A DNA stretch of 15,737 nucleotides from Armatimonadota bacterium (GCA_043814095.1 JBDRKI010000006.1:1-15737); one strand, 5' to 3'. Positions 1-8,861 are shown, counted from the first letter of the stretch. Notes: generated from the sequence alone by a model not told the origin. Program-made: numbers and translations.

Positions 1-67
1 TCCATGGAAGAGATTTCCAATAACCAAAAATACGGCTAAAGCCGGAGAGGATAGAAAGGTGGCCTAG
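1..67 (+). CDS. 3' end of a probable IS1202-family transposase (partial: PWKRFPITKNTAKAGEDRKVA*)
   Basis: Open frame from base 2 to TAG at 65-67. Base 1 (T) is compatible with a preceding CAT His codon giving H-P-W. Immediately followed by the IS terminal repeats. Confidence 0.6.
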   Translation, partial: PWKRFPITKNTAKAGEDRKVA

Positions 68-74
68 ATGTGAA

Positions 75-120
75 AATGTGACATTTCTAATTTGCTAAGA
101 ATGTGACATTTCTAAATTGC
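75..120. repeat. Two 21-bp direct repeats (25-bp period, 1 mismatch); probable transposase-binding sites of the IS end
   Basis: AATGTGACATTTCTAATTTGC (75-95) and AATGTGACATTTCTAAATTGC (100-120). Confidence 0.9.
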
Positions 121-143
121 CTTGACAAAATATCCGTATTATC

Positions 144-172
144 TTGACACCATAATATATTTTAGATATACT
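144..172 (+). promoter_or_regulatory. Sigma70/SigA promoter of the tRNA cluster
   Basis: TTGACA (144-149), 17-bp spacer, TATACT (167-172), about 50 bp upstream of tRNA-Pro. Confidence 0.8.
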
Positions 173-225
173 TAACCTTGCTTTTATTAAAACTGATTTT
201 TGAAAAAATCGGTCCTAATAAATAC

Positions 226-302
226 CGGGACGTGGCGCAGCTTGGTAGCGCACCTGGTTTGGGACCAGGGGGTCGGAGGTTCAAATCCTCTCGTCCCGAC
301 CA
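226..302 (+). tRNA. tRNA-Pro(UGG)
   Basis: Acceptor CGGGACG/CGTCCCG, anticodon arm CCTGG-TT TGG GA-CCAGG, TTC T-loop, encoded CCA. Confidence 0.97.
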
Positions 303-317
303 AAAACAGTTAAAAAC

Positions 318-392
318 GGGTCGTTAGCTCAGTGGTAGAGCACCTGACTTTTAATCAGGGTGTCGAAGGTTCGATACCTTCACGACCCACCA
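318..392 (+). tRNA. tRNA-Lys(UUU)
   Basis: Acceptor GGGTCGT/ACGACCC, anticodon arm CCTGA-CT TTT AA-TCAGG, encoded CCA. Confidence 0.97.
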
Positions 393-402
393 TTTTTAAA
401 AA

Positions 403-472
403 AATAAGGGATAAGAGATAAGGTGTACAAGTTAAGGAAGAATGCCATTCACCTTGACTCTTATCCCTTATT
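403..472. repeat. 23-bp inverted repeat (long hairpin) in the spacer between the two tRNA-Lys genes
   Basis: AATAAGGGATAAGAG-AT-AAGGTG (403-425) is complementary to CACCTT-GA-CTCTTATCCCTTATT (450-472) at 21 of 23 positions; 24-nt loop. Confidence 0.85.
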
Positions 473-491
473 AATAACATTGAAAGCAAAC

Positions 492-567
<76 letters not shown>

Positions 568-600
568 TCGCACCTTGTAAATTATATATAGAGCATATAT

Positions 601-676
<76 letters not shown>

Positions 677-679
677 TGT

Positions 680-757
680 GGTGAGCGTAGCTCAGTTGGT
701 TAGAGCATTGGTTTGTGGAGCCAAGGGTCGTGGGTTCAAATCCCATCGCTCACCCCA
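680..757 (+). tRNA. tRNA-His(GUG), with encoded G-1:C73
   Basis: G-GTGAGCG/CGCTCAC-C acceptor, anticodon arm TTGGT-TT GTG GA-GCCAA, encoded CCA. Confidence 0.96.
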
Positions 758-770
758 TAAAACTTAAGGT

Positions 771-797
771 AAGGATGAGTACTGCTTGTCCTTTTTT
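771..797 (+). terminator. Probable intrinsic terminator/attenuator inside the tRNA cluster
   Basis: AAGGATGAGT-ACT-GCTTGTCCTT stem (three G-U pairs) running into TTTTTTATT. Confidence 0.5.
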
Positions 798-823
798 ATT
801 ATAAAGCGCAGGGGCGTACTTAC

Positions 824-899
824 GCGCCTGTAGCTCAACGGATAGAGCAACGGTCTTCGGAACCGTGTGTTGGGGGTTCAAGTCCCTCCAGGCGCGCCA
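824..899 (+). tRNA. tRNA-Arg(UCG)
   Basis: Acceptor GCGCCTG/CAGGCGC, anticodon arm ACGGT-CT TCG GA-ACCGT, encoded CCA. Confidence 0.96.
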
Positions 900-925
900 G
901 AAAACCAGATACATGACGCATACCC

Positions 926-1010
926 GGGCGAGTGGCGGAATTGGCAGACGCGCTAGACTTAGGATCTAGTGGTTAACACCGTGGGGGTTCAAGTCCCTTC
1001 TCGCCCACCA
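926..1010 (+). tRNA. tRNA-Leu(UAG)
   Basis: Acceptor GGGCGAG/CTCGCCC, anticodon arm CTAGA-CT TAG GA-TCTAG, long variable arm, encoded CCA. Confidence 0.97.
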
Positions 1011-1034
1011 TAATATATACGGTTATACCCCCTC

Positions 1035-1063
1035 TTGCGTTAATTTTAAAATAAGTATATAAT
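1035..1063 (+). promoter_or_regulatory. Sigma70/SigA promoter for tRNA-Gly-tig-clpP-clpX and downstream genes
   Basis: TTGCGT (1035-1040), 17-bp spacer, TATAAT (1058-1063). Confidence 0.7.
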
Positions 1064-1107
1064 ATTGCATTGTAAATAGTGTCTTAAAGACACACATAAA
1101 TTTTTAA

Positions 1108-1182
1108 GCGGAAGTAGCTCAGTGGTAGAGCATCTCGTTGCCAACGAGAGGGTCGAGGGTTCAAATCCCTTCTTCCGCTCCA
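1108..1182 (+). tRNA. tRNA-Gly(GCC)
   Basis: Acceptor GCGGAAG/CTTCCGC, anticodon arm TCTCG-TT GCC AA-CGAGA, encoded CCA. Confidence 0.97.
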
Positions 1183-1207
1183 TTAATTTTTAAAAGGAGT
1201 ATCTAAA

Positions 1208-2554
1208 ATGAAGGTGGATTTAAAAGAAGGCAAAGATAATAAGATTAATTTAACAATTGAGGTTGAAGCGGATAAAATTAAACAAGCTTATGAAAAAGAG
1301 CTTATAAAAGCCACAAAACAGATAAAATTAAAAGGATTCCGCCAGGGCAAAGCCCCCGCAAAGATAGTTGAAAAAGCCGTATCCAAAGAAAGCATTTATA
1401 AAGAGCTGCTGGAAGACTTAATCCCCGAAACCTACAGTGAAGCGATATATATGAAGGAAATAACCCCTATATCACAGCCTGAATTTAAGGAAATAGGAAA
1501 AATAGAAGAAGATAAGCCTTTCATATACAAACTATCGGTTGAAGTTAAGCCCAAAATAGATCTTGAAAATTATACCGGATTTGAGATTGAACAGGAAAAA
1601 AGAGAAATATCCGATGAAACCATAAACAAACAGCTTGAACTTCTAAGGAAACAGTTCAGCAAAATGACTGTTATTGAAGAAGACAGGCCCGTACAGGACG
1701 GAGATTACGTAAGCTGCGATTATACTATAAACGTGGAAGGCGAAAAAGAAGATCCGCGCAACGCGGCAAAAGAAGCACTGGTTAGAATCGTGCCTAATCC
1801 CGATTATCCCGGATTAATTGAAAATATTATCGGGACCAAATCCGGCGAAGAAAAAGAATTCCCCATAGAGATAAAAGCAGGGGAAAAAACAAAAAAAGCA
1901 ACGGTAAAATTCAAGCTTCATGAAATAAAACAGGAAGTTCTTCCGGAAATTAACGACGATTTCGCGAAAACCGTAAGCGGCGCTTATGCAAAAAGCGGTT
2001 CAAACCTTACGGCAGAAACTCTGGACGGACTTAAAAGCCAGATAAAAGAAAATATGCAGAAAAACGAAGATTCAAAAGTAAAACAGGAGCTTGAGACAAA
2101 AATTCTTGATAAAATCGCGGAAAGCAATAAGATTGATATAAGTAAAAACATGGTAAACTATGAACTCGGAGTACTGCTTAACGACTTTGAAAGTCAGCTT
2201 AGCAGAAACGGCATGAACCTGGAAAATTACTTAAAAACCATAAAAAAATCATGGGAAGATTTAGAAAAAGACCTGCGCCCCCAGGCGGAAAAAATGGCAA
2301 AAATAGAACTGGCGCTTGATTCTATAGCGGAAAAAGAAAAAATAGAAATTACGGACGAAGATCTGGAAAAAGAACTTGAAGAAGTGGCTGAAACAATGAA
2401 ACAGGATAAGGATAAAATAAAAGAAACTCTGGAAAAAAACAAAAATTTAAAGAATTTCAAATATAACCTCCTGCGCAAAAAGGTAATAAACTACCTGACA
2501 GAGAAATCTAAGATAAAATATACTGCCCCGAAAACAGAAGAACAGGGGTCATAA
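1208..2554 (+). CDS. tig: Trigger factor
   Basis: Ribosome-binding signature GFRQGKAP, 448 aa, LPEINDDFAK linker, AAGGAG RBS at 1194-1199, tig-clpP-clpX synteny. Confidence 0.96.
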   Translation: MKVDLKEGKDNKINLTIEVEADKIKQAYEKELIKATKQIKLKGFRQGKAPAKIVEKAVSKESIYKELLEDLIPETYSEAIYMKEITPISQPEFKEIGKIEEDKPFIYKLSVEVKPKIDLENYTGFEIEQEKREISDETINKQLELLRKQFSKMTVIEEDRPVQDGDYVSCDYTINVEGEKEDPRNAAKEALVRIVPNPDYPGLIENIIGTKSGEEKEFPIEIKAGEKTKKATVKFKLHEIKQEVLPEINDDFAKTVSGAYAKSGSNLTAETLDGLKSQIKENMQKNEDSKVKQELETKILDKIAESNKIDISKNMVNYELGVLLNDFESQLSRNGMNLENYLKTIKKSWEDLEKDLRPQAEKMAKIELALDSIAEKEKIEITDEDLEKELEEVAETMKQDKDKIKETLEKNKNLKNFKYNLLRKKVINYLTEKSKIKYTAPKTEEQGS

Positions 2555-2569
2555 AATTACGGAGGAAAA

Positions 2570-3184
2570 ATGGAAGAAAGAATTATAAGAGCCCAGACTT
2601 TAGTGCCCATAGTCGTAGAACAGACCGCACGCGGGGAAAGATCATATGATATTTACTCACGCCTGCTGAAAAACAGAATAGTATTCTTAGGCGAAGTAAT
2701 AGATGATACCATAGCAAACCTGGTAATAGCTCAGCTGCTTTACCTTGAACAGGAAGATCCGGATAAAGACGTGGATTTATACATAAACAGCCCCGGCGGA
2801 TCAATATCCTCAGGGCTTGCAATTTATGACGCCATGCAGCTTATTAAGCCCGATGTATCAACTATATGCATGGGACAGGCCGCAAGCGCAGGCGCACTTC
2901 TTCTGGCAGGCGGAGCCGCGGGAAAAAGATATTCCCTGCCCTATTCCAGAATAATGATACACCAGCCGTGGGCAAGCGGGATAAGCGGACAGGCTACCGA
3001 TATTGACATACACGCTAAAGAGATTGTAAGGGCAAGAGAAAGCTTAAATAAAATAATGTCAAAACACACCGGCCAGCCTCTTGAAAAAATCCAGCAGGAT
3101 ACCGAACGCGACAACTTCATGAGCGCCGAACAGGCAAAAGAATACGGCCTGATTGACAAGATCATCTCCAAAGAAGCGCGGTAA
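2570..3184 (+). CDS. clpP: ATP-dependent Clp protease proteolytic subunit
   Basis: [15 protein letters not shown], catalytic Ser (QAASAG), His (IMIHQP) and Asp (ERDNF); GGAGG RBS. Confidence 0.98.
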   Translation: MEERIIRAQTLVPIVVEQTARGERSYDIYSRLLKNRIVFLGEVIDDTIANLVIAQLLYLEQEDPDKDVDLYINSPGGSISSGLAIYDAMQLIKPDVSTICMGQAASAGALLLAGGAAGKRYSLPYSRIMIHQPWASGISGQATDIDIHAKEIVRARESLNKIMSKHTGQPLEKIQQDTERDNFMSAEQAKEYGLIDKIISKEAR

Positions 3185-3196
3185 GAGGAACACAAA

Positions 3197-4468
3197 TTGA
3201 AGTTTAAAAACAAAACAGGGCATCTTGTTTGTTCTTTCTGCGGCAAGGGACAGGAACAGGTAAAAAAAATAATTGCCGGTCCCGATGTTTACATCTGTGA
3301 TGAATGTGTTGAATTGTGCAACGGGATCATTTATGAGGAACTTGCAAAAAGCGTAAAAAAGTTCCCCCTTCATCCGGGCAAGCTTCCCAAACCCAAAGAG
3401 CTTAACGCGATACTTGACGAATACGTAATAGGACAGGACAGGGCCAAAAAAACACTCTCTGTCGCGGTCTATAACCACTATAAACGCGTCTTAATGAGCG
3501 AAAAAAAACCGGATGATTTAGAAGATGTTGAACTGCAGAAAAGCAATATCCTTCTTCTGGGCCCCACGGGATGCGGCAAAACCTACCTCGCGCAGACCAT
3601 GGCAAAAATACTTAATGTTCCTTTTGCCATTGCCGACGCCACCACTTTAACCGAGGCCGGTTATGTGGGAGAAGACGTGGAAAATATAATGCTCAAACTC
3701 CTGCAGGCGGCCAATTATGACCCCAAAAAAGCGGAACACGGTATTATATATATAGATGAGATAGACAAAATAGCCCGCAAAAGCGAAAACCCCTCGATAA
3801 CCCGCGATGTTTCCGGCGAAGGGGTACAGCAGGCGCTTTTAAAAATTCTTGAAGGAACATCCGTAAGCGTTCCTCCTAAGGGCGGGCGCAAGCATCCTCA
3901 TCAGGAATACATAAAAATAGATTCCTCAAATATACTTTTTATCTGCGGGGGAGCGTTTGAAGGACTTGATAAAATCATAGAAACCCGCATTAAAGACCGT
4001 CCCATGGGATTCAGGGCTAAAATAAAGAAAAACAAAAAATACGACACGGGAAAACTGCTGTCAAAGGTTTATCCTGAAGACCTCTTAAAATTCGGGCTTA
4101 TCCCGGAATTCATAGGCAGGCTCCCCGTGGTTGTGCCTCTTAACCCTCTTGATGAAAAAGATTTAATAGCTATCTTGGTAAAGCCTAAAAACGCGCTTGT
4201 AAAACAGTATAAAAAGATATTCAGCTTTGACAATGTAGCGCTTGAATTCAATGACAAGGCCGTAAAAGCAACAGCTAAAGAAGCTTTAAAACGCAAAACC
4301 GGCGCAAGAGCCCTGCGCAGCATCCTGGAAGAAGTTATGCTTAATATAATGTATGAAATCCCGTCCATGAACAATGTAAAAAAATGCTTTATAAACGAAA
4401 AAGTTATTTATAAAAAACAGGAACCTCAATTTATATATTTTGAAGAAAAAATAAAAAACGCATCTTAA
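3197..4468 (+). CDS. clpX: ATP-dependent Clp protease ATP-binding subunit (TTG start)
   Basis: Zn-binding CSFC...ICDEC, Walker [13 protein letters not shown] pore loop, Walker [12 protein letters not shown] loop, MGF (IGF-type) ClpP-docking loop, GARALR; AGAGGA RBS. Confidence 0.98.
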   Translation: MKFKNKTGHLVCSFCGKGQEQVKKIIAGPDVYICDECVELCNGIIYEELAKSVKKFPLHPGKLPKPKELNAILDEYVIGQDRAKKTLSVAVYNHYKRVLMSEKKPDDLEDVELQKSNILLLGPTGCGKTYLAQTMAKILNVPFAIADATTLTEAGYVGEDVENIMLKLLQAANYDPKKAEHGIIYIDEIDKIARKSENPSITRDVSGEGVQQALLKILEGTSVSVPPKGGRKHPHQEYIKIDSSNILFICGGAFEGLDKIIETRIKDRPMGFRAKIKKNKKYDTGKLLSKVYPEDLLKFGLIPEFIGRLPVVVPLNPLDEKDLIAILVKPKNALVKQYKKIFSFDNVALEFNDKAVKATAKEALKRKTGARALRSILEEVMLNIMYEIPSMNNVKKCFINEKVIYKKQEPQFIYFEEKIKNAS

Positions 4469-4486
4469 TCCGGGAGAGTAGATTTT

Positions 4487-6169
4487 ATGCTGGATCACAA
4501 AAGATATATTATATCTTTGCGCTGGATTATTTTCCTGCTTTCAGCTGCCGTATTTTTACTGATTTACCTCAAAAATCCGGGTTTCATTTCTTCCAAAAGC
4601 ATAAAAATACTTTTAATTTTAGCTGTGATTTATACCATCTACTCACTTATCGTAACGGTATTATACAAGACGCATTACAAGGAAGACCTGTTTTATTATT
4701 ACTCCTTATTCGGGGATTTCGTCTTCGGCTTGATACTTATATCTCTTACCGGTATACAGGCAAGCCCTTTCATGTTCCTGTTTTATTTAATTATAATAGC
4801 GGCGGGCTCTTTAGAAGTTGACAGAAATTATAAAATCGCCATGACCCTGCTCATACCCGTATCATACCTGTTTATAACCATAGCCTCCGGCTCTGTAACT
4901 TCCGACTTTGTATTATTCATCGGAAACCTTGCCGGCTTAACTCTTACTGTTATCGCGGGCCTTATTCTCTCGGAAAGAATAAGCCAGAAAAAAACAACCG
5001 ATGAACACTTAAAAAAACTGCAGGAAGCATATAATTTATCCCGCCAGCAGGCGAAAGAAAAAGAAGAAAAAGAACTGGTTCTCATAGATAAATCACAGAA
5101 ACTACTGTCCTTAATAGAGATAACCAGGTCCATGGGCGCTACGGCAAGGCTTGATGAACTGCTGGAGCTGATTGTTACCAAAGCAAGGGATACCTTAAAC
5201 ACTAAAATAAGCTTCCTTATGCTCATAAAAGAAAGAGAACTGGTAGTCGCCTATTCCCTGGGCTTATCCGAACTTACAAAGAATCTTTTTAAGTCTAAAC
5301 TGGGCGAAGGAGTTCTGGGCGCCTCTGCCGTAAAAAATCAGATAGTTAATATCAACATAAAAGACAACCCCGATGAAACAGGCATATTTTTTAATGCTTT
5401 TGAACGCATTAAAAATATGCTCTGCGTGCCTTTAAAATCCCCGCAGGATAAAAAACTGATAGGCCTGCTGGGGGTAGCGAACCTCCTTGTGGAAGATAAA
5501 TTCACGGAAGACCACTCAAGCTATTTATATACTCTTGCAACGGACGCTTCCATATTTGTAAAGAACAAACTCCTGTTTGAAGAACTTGAGAAAAGCTATA
5601 TAGAAATGATTCAAGCCCTGGCGCAAGCTGTTGAAGCAAGAGATCCGTACACATACGGGCATATTGACAGGGTCAAAAACATATCCCTGCTTATAGCGAA
5701 AAGACTCGGGGCAAACCAGGCCCAGCTTGAATTAATCAAAACAGGGGCAGTGCTTCATGACTTAGGCAAAATAGGGACGCCTGACAACATACTTTTAAAA
5801 CCCGGAGCCCTTACGGATGATGAAAGAAATGTCATGCAGCAGCATGTTACAAACTCAACCAACATACTCAGGGATATATCTTCCCTGCATCCGAAAGTAC
5901 TGGACATAGTCAAACACCATCACGAAAGATATGACGGAGAGGGTTATCCCGACAGGCTTAAAGGAGATGATATCCCGGTTGAATCACAGATTGTCGCCAT
6001 AGCTGATACTTTTGACGCCATGACAAGCGACAGGCCTTACAGAAAAGGCATGCCTCACGAAAAAGCCGTTGCTTTGCTTAAAGAAGCTGCCGGGACCCAG
6101 TTTAATCCCAAGCTTGTGGATATTTTTATAACTCTATACAATACCGGAGAACTGAAAGGACATATTTAA
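4487..6169 (+). CDS. Membrane-anchored GAF + HD-GYP cyclic-dinucleotide phosphodiesterase
   Basis: About 6 N-terminal hydrophobic segments, a charged coiled coil, a GAF-like region (LGEGVLG...MLCVPL...IGLLGVAN), then ARDPYTYGH, LHDLGK, HHHERYDGEGYP and IADTFDAMTSDRPYR. Confidence 0.92.
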   Translation: MLDHKRYIISLRWIIFLLSAAVFLLIYLKNPGFISSKSIKILLILAVIYTIYSLIVTVLYKTHYKEDLFYYYSLFGDFVFGLILISLTGIQASPFMFLFYLIIIAAGSLEVDRNYKIAMTLLIPVSYLFITIASGSVTSDFVLFIGNLAGLTLTVIAGLILSERISQKKTTDEHLKKLQEAYNLSRQQAKEKEEKELVLIDKSQKLLSLIEITRSMGATARLDELLELIVTKARDTLNTKISFLMLIKERELVVAYSLGLSELTKNLFKSKLGEGVLGASAVKNQIVNINIKDNPDETGIFFNAFERIKNMLCVPLKSPQDKKLIGLLGVANLLVEDKFTEDHSSYLYTLATDASIFVKNKLLFEELEKSYIEMIQALAQAVEARDPYTYGHIDRVKNISLLIAKRLGANQAQLELIKTGAVLHDLGKIGTPDNILLKPGALTDDERNVMQQHVTNSTNILRDISSLHPKVLDIVKHHHERYDGEGYPDRLKGDDIPVESQIVAIADTFDAMTSDRPYRKGMPHEKAVALLKEAAGTQFNPKLVDIFITLYNTGELKGHI

Positions 6170-6184
6170 AAACAGGTTATTATT

Positions 6185-8836
6185 ATGAATCAACTGCCGA
6201 AAACTTACAATCCTTCTGAAATAGAAAAAACCATATACACTGAATGGCTTAATAGTAAAGCTTTTAAATCAGAACCGGATCAAGGTAAAAAGCCTTTCAG
6301 TATCGTAATACCTCCGCCAAACATAACAGGCTCGCTTCATATGGGACATGCATTAAATAATACTATTCAAGATATTTTAATAAGAACCAAAAAAATGCAG
6401 GGGTTTGAAAGCTGCTGGATTCCCGGAACAGACCATGCCGGTATAGCGACACAGATTAAAGTTGAAAAACAGATAACGGAAGAAGGCATTACCCGCTATG
6501 ACCTGGGCAGGGAAAAATTCCTGGAAAAAACATGGGAGTGGGCTAAAAAATACCAGAAAGAAATTTTATACCAGCTCTATACGCTCGGTATGGCATGCGA
6601 CTGGGACAGGCTTCGCTTTACGCTTGACGAAACCTGTTCAAAGGCCGTAAGAGAAGCTTTTGTGCGGCTTTTTGATAAAGGATACATCTATAAAGGCAAA
6701 TACATAATAAACTGGTGTTTAAGATGCCAGACAGCCATATCCGACCTGGAAGTAACATATAAAGAAACTCCGGGCAAACTGTATTACGTAAAATACCCGA
6801 TAATTAACGAAAAAGGATATATAACCATAGCGACAACCCGGCCTGAAACAATCCTTGCCGATACCGCAGTAGCGGTTAACCCGGATGATCCGAAATACAA
6901 AAACCTCATCGGTAAAAAAGTTTTCGTGCCTATAATACAGAGAGAAGTGCCTGTTATAGCTGATAAAGAAGTTGATCCTTCATTCGGCACCGGCGCGCTG
7001 AAAATTACTCCCGCGCACGATCTGGCTGATTATACGATAGGAATGCGCCACAACCTGCCCGCCATAGCGGTAATAGATGAAGAAGGGCATATGACAAAAG
7101 AGGCCGGTAAATACATGGGACAGGAAAGATTTGCCTGCAGGGACAACTTTGTTGAAGATCTTAAGAGTCTGGGGCTCTTAGAAAAGATTGAAGATTATAC
7201 TCACAATATAGGGTACTGCCAGAGATGCAGTACAATAATAGAGCCGGCAATATCAACACAGTGGTTTATGAAAATGGATGAACTGGCCGCCCCTGCGATA
7301 AAAGCGGTTAAAGAAGGAAAAGTCCGGTTCATACCCGATAAATACACAAAAACATACCTTTACTGGATGGAAAACATAAGACCCTGGTGCATATCCCGCC
7401 AGCTATGGTGGGGACACCGCATACCCGTATGGGAATGCCAGGAATGCGGAGAAGTTAAAGCATACAGGGAAGACCCTCAGAAATGCACCAAATGCGGTAG
7501 TTCTCGCCTTATCCAGGATTCCGATGTGCTGGATACATGGTTCTCCTCGGCATTATGGCCTTTCTCTACTCTGGGATGGCCACATGAAAGTAAAGACTTA
7601 AGTTATTTCTACCCGACTTCAGTACTGTCCACTGGCAGGGATATTATTTTCCTGTGGGTTGCCAGAATGATAATGATGGGACTTGAATTCATGGGAAATG
7701 TGCCTTTCTCCGACGTATATATCCACGCAACAATACTTAACGCTGAAGGAAAAAGAATGAGTAAATCCCTCGGAACCGGGATTGACCCTCTTGAGCTCAT
7801 TGAGAAATACGGCGCGGACGCCGTAAGATTCGGCCTTATGCTTGAAACAGAACAGGGTCAGGATATATGGTTTTCCGAGAGCAAGATAGAGCTCTCCAGA
7901 AACTTCGCGAATAAGATCTGGAACGCGGCTAGATTTGTTCTGGGCAACACGGAAAAAACGCCAAGCAAAAATATTGACATAAATCTGGATGATTTAAATA
8001 CCGCGGATAAGTGGATCTTAAGCTCGTTAAACAATGTAAAAACTGATCTTAATAAATACTTGAATGAATATGATTTCGCGAAAGCAGGAAAACTTCTATA
8101 CGACTTTTTCTGGGATGATTTCTGCGACTGGTACATAGAAATATCAAAAACCCAGCTTTTTGAAGACGGAAAAGACAAAGAAAAGACACTGAAGATTCTT
8201 TTCTACGTAATCCGCGACTTTTTAAAGATACTTCATCCGTTTATGCCATACCTTACTCAAGCTTTATGGAAGAATATATTCTCTAAAGATGAAGATATAC
8301 TGCTTACAAATTATCCGGAAGTGGATAAAAAACATATAGACGATTCTTCTTCGGATAAATTAAATTACATACGCGATGTTGTCCGCGCCATAAGAAATTT
8401 AAGAGCCGAATTAAAAATAGAGCCGAAACAACCCATTAATATTACAATACTCTGCCCGGGCGACGGAAGCAAAGCCGTACTTTCAGAACTCTCATACATA
8501 GTATTAAACCTGGCAAAAGTAGAAAATATTGAATACATAAAAGACGAGAAAGAAAAACCCAAAAAAGCTCTCAGCAGCCGCCTGCATGATATTGAAATAT
8601 TCGTAAGCCTGCCTGAGAACATAAATCTTGACCAGGAACTTGCACGTCTTAAAAAAGAGCTGGATAGTATATCTAAAGTCATTGAAAATACCCAGAGGAA
8701 GCTTCATAACGAAAGCTTCCTTGCGAAAGCCCCCGAAGAGATAGTTGAAAAAGAAAGAGATAAATACAAAGAACATGAAGCAGTGAAAGAAAAAATTACC
8801 GAAAGAATGAAAATCGTGCAGGGAATGCTGGAATAA
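6185..8836 (+). CDS. valS: Valine--tRNA ligase
   Basis: PPPNITGSLHMGH (HIGH motif), ATTRPET, WCISRQLWWGHRIP, DVLDTWFSS, RMSKS (KMSKS motif), C-terminal coiled coil FLAKAPEEIVEKE; 883 aa. Confidence 0.98.
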   Translation: MNQLPKTYNPSEIEKTIYTEWLNSKAFKSEPDQGKKPFSIVIPPPNITGSLHMGHALNNTIQDILIRTKKMQGFESCWIPGTDHAGIATQIKVEKQITEEGITRYDLGREKFLEKTWEWAKKYQKEILYQLYTLGMACDWDRLRFTLDETCSKAVREAFVRLFDKGYIYKGKYIINWCLRCQTAISDLEVTYKETPGKLYYVKYPIINEKGYITIATTRPETILADTAVAVNPDDPKYKNLIGKKVFVPIIQREVPVIADKEVDPSFGTGALKITPAHDLADYTIGMRHNLPAIAVIDEEGHMTKEAGKYMGQERFACRDNFVEDLKSLGLLEKIEDYTHNIGYCQRCSTIIEPAISTQWFMKMDELAAPAIKAVKEGKVRFIPDKYTKTYLYWMENIRPWCISRQLWWGHRIPVWECQECGEVKAYREDPQKCTKCGSSRLIQDSDVLDTWFSSALWPFSTLGWPHESKDLSYFYPTSVLSTGRDIIFLWVARMIMMGLEFMGNVPFSDVYIHATILNAEGKRMSKSLGTGIDPLELIEKYGADAVRFGLMLETEQGQDIWFSESKIELSRNFANKIWNAARFVLGNTEKTPSKNIDINLDDLNTADKWILSSLNNVKTDLNKYLNEYDFAKAGKLLYDFFWDDFCDWYIEISKTQLFEDGKDKEKTLKILFYVIRDFLKILHPFMPYLTQALWKNIFSKDEDILLTNYPEVDKKHIDDSSSDKLNYIRDVVRAIRNLRAELKIEPKQPINITILCPGDGSKAVLSELSYIVLNLAKVENIEYIKDEKEKPKKALSSRLHDIEIFVSLPENINLDQELARLKKELDSISKVIENTQRKLHNESFLAKAPEEIVEKERDKYKEHEAVKEKITERMKIVQGMLE

Positions 8837-8861
8837 ATCCTTATTTATCAACACTTTTTAA

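Larger units (their letters stand above)
1..127 (+). mobile_element. Right end of an IS1202-family (IS481-related, formerly ISNCY) insertion sequence; remainder lies upstream of the window
   Basis: Ends in ...CTTGACA (5'-TGTCAAG on the minus strand, a TGT...ACA terminus). Preceded by two 21-bp direct repeats AATGTGACATTTCTAA(T/A)TTGC at 75-95 and 100-120. The frame 2..67 reads PWKRF...VA*, consistent with the C-terminal HPW motif of these transposases. Confidence 0.75.

Noticed and set aside
75-120. CRISPR or iteron interpretation of these direct repeats (and of 15063-15101)
   Set aside because: Too few and too closely spaced, with no unique spacers and no cas or rep gene; explained as IS-end and regulator-binding repeats.
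122-156. Hybrid promoter from the IS-terminal TTGACA (122-127)
   Set aside because: No -10-like hexamer 16-18 bp downstream (CATAAT is 23 bp away); the native 144-172 promoter is complete.
6170-6184. T-box riboswitch upstream of valS
   Set aside because: Only a 15-bp intergenic gap; no room for a T-box leader.
7753-7770. RMSKS instead of KMSKS in ValRS
   Set aside because: Conservative change at the first position; the catalytic second Lys is retained.
2227-8854. Short antisense or alternate-frame ORFs overlapping tig, clpP, clpX, HD-GYP and valS
   Set aside because: Shadow ORFs of strongly conserved genes with no recognisable motifs.
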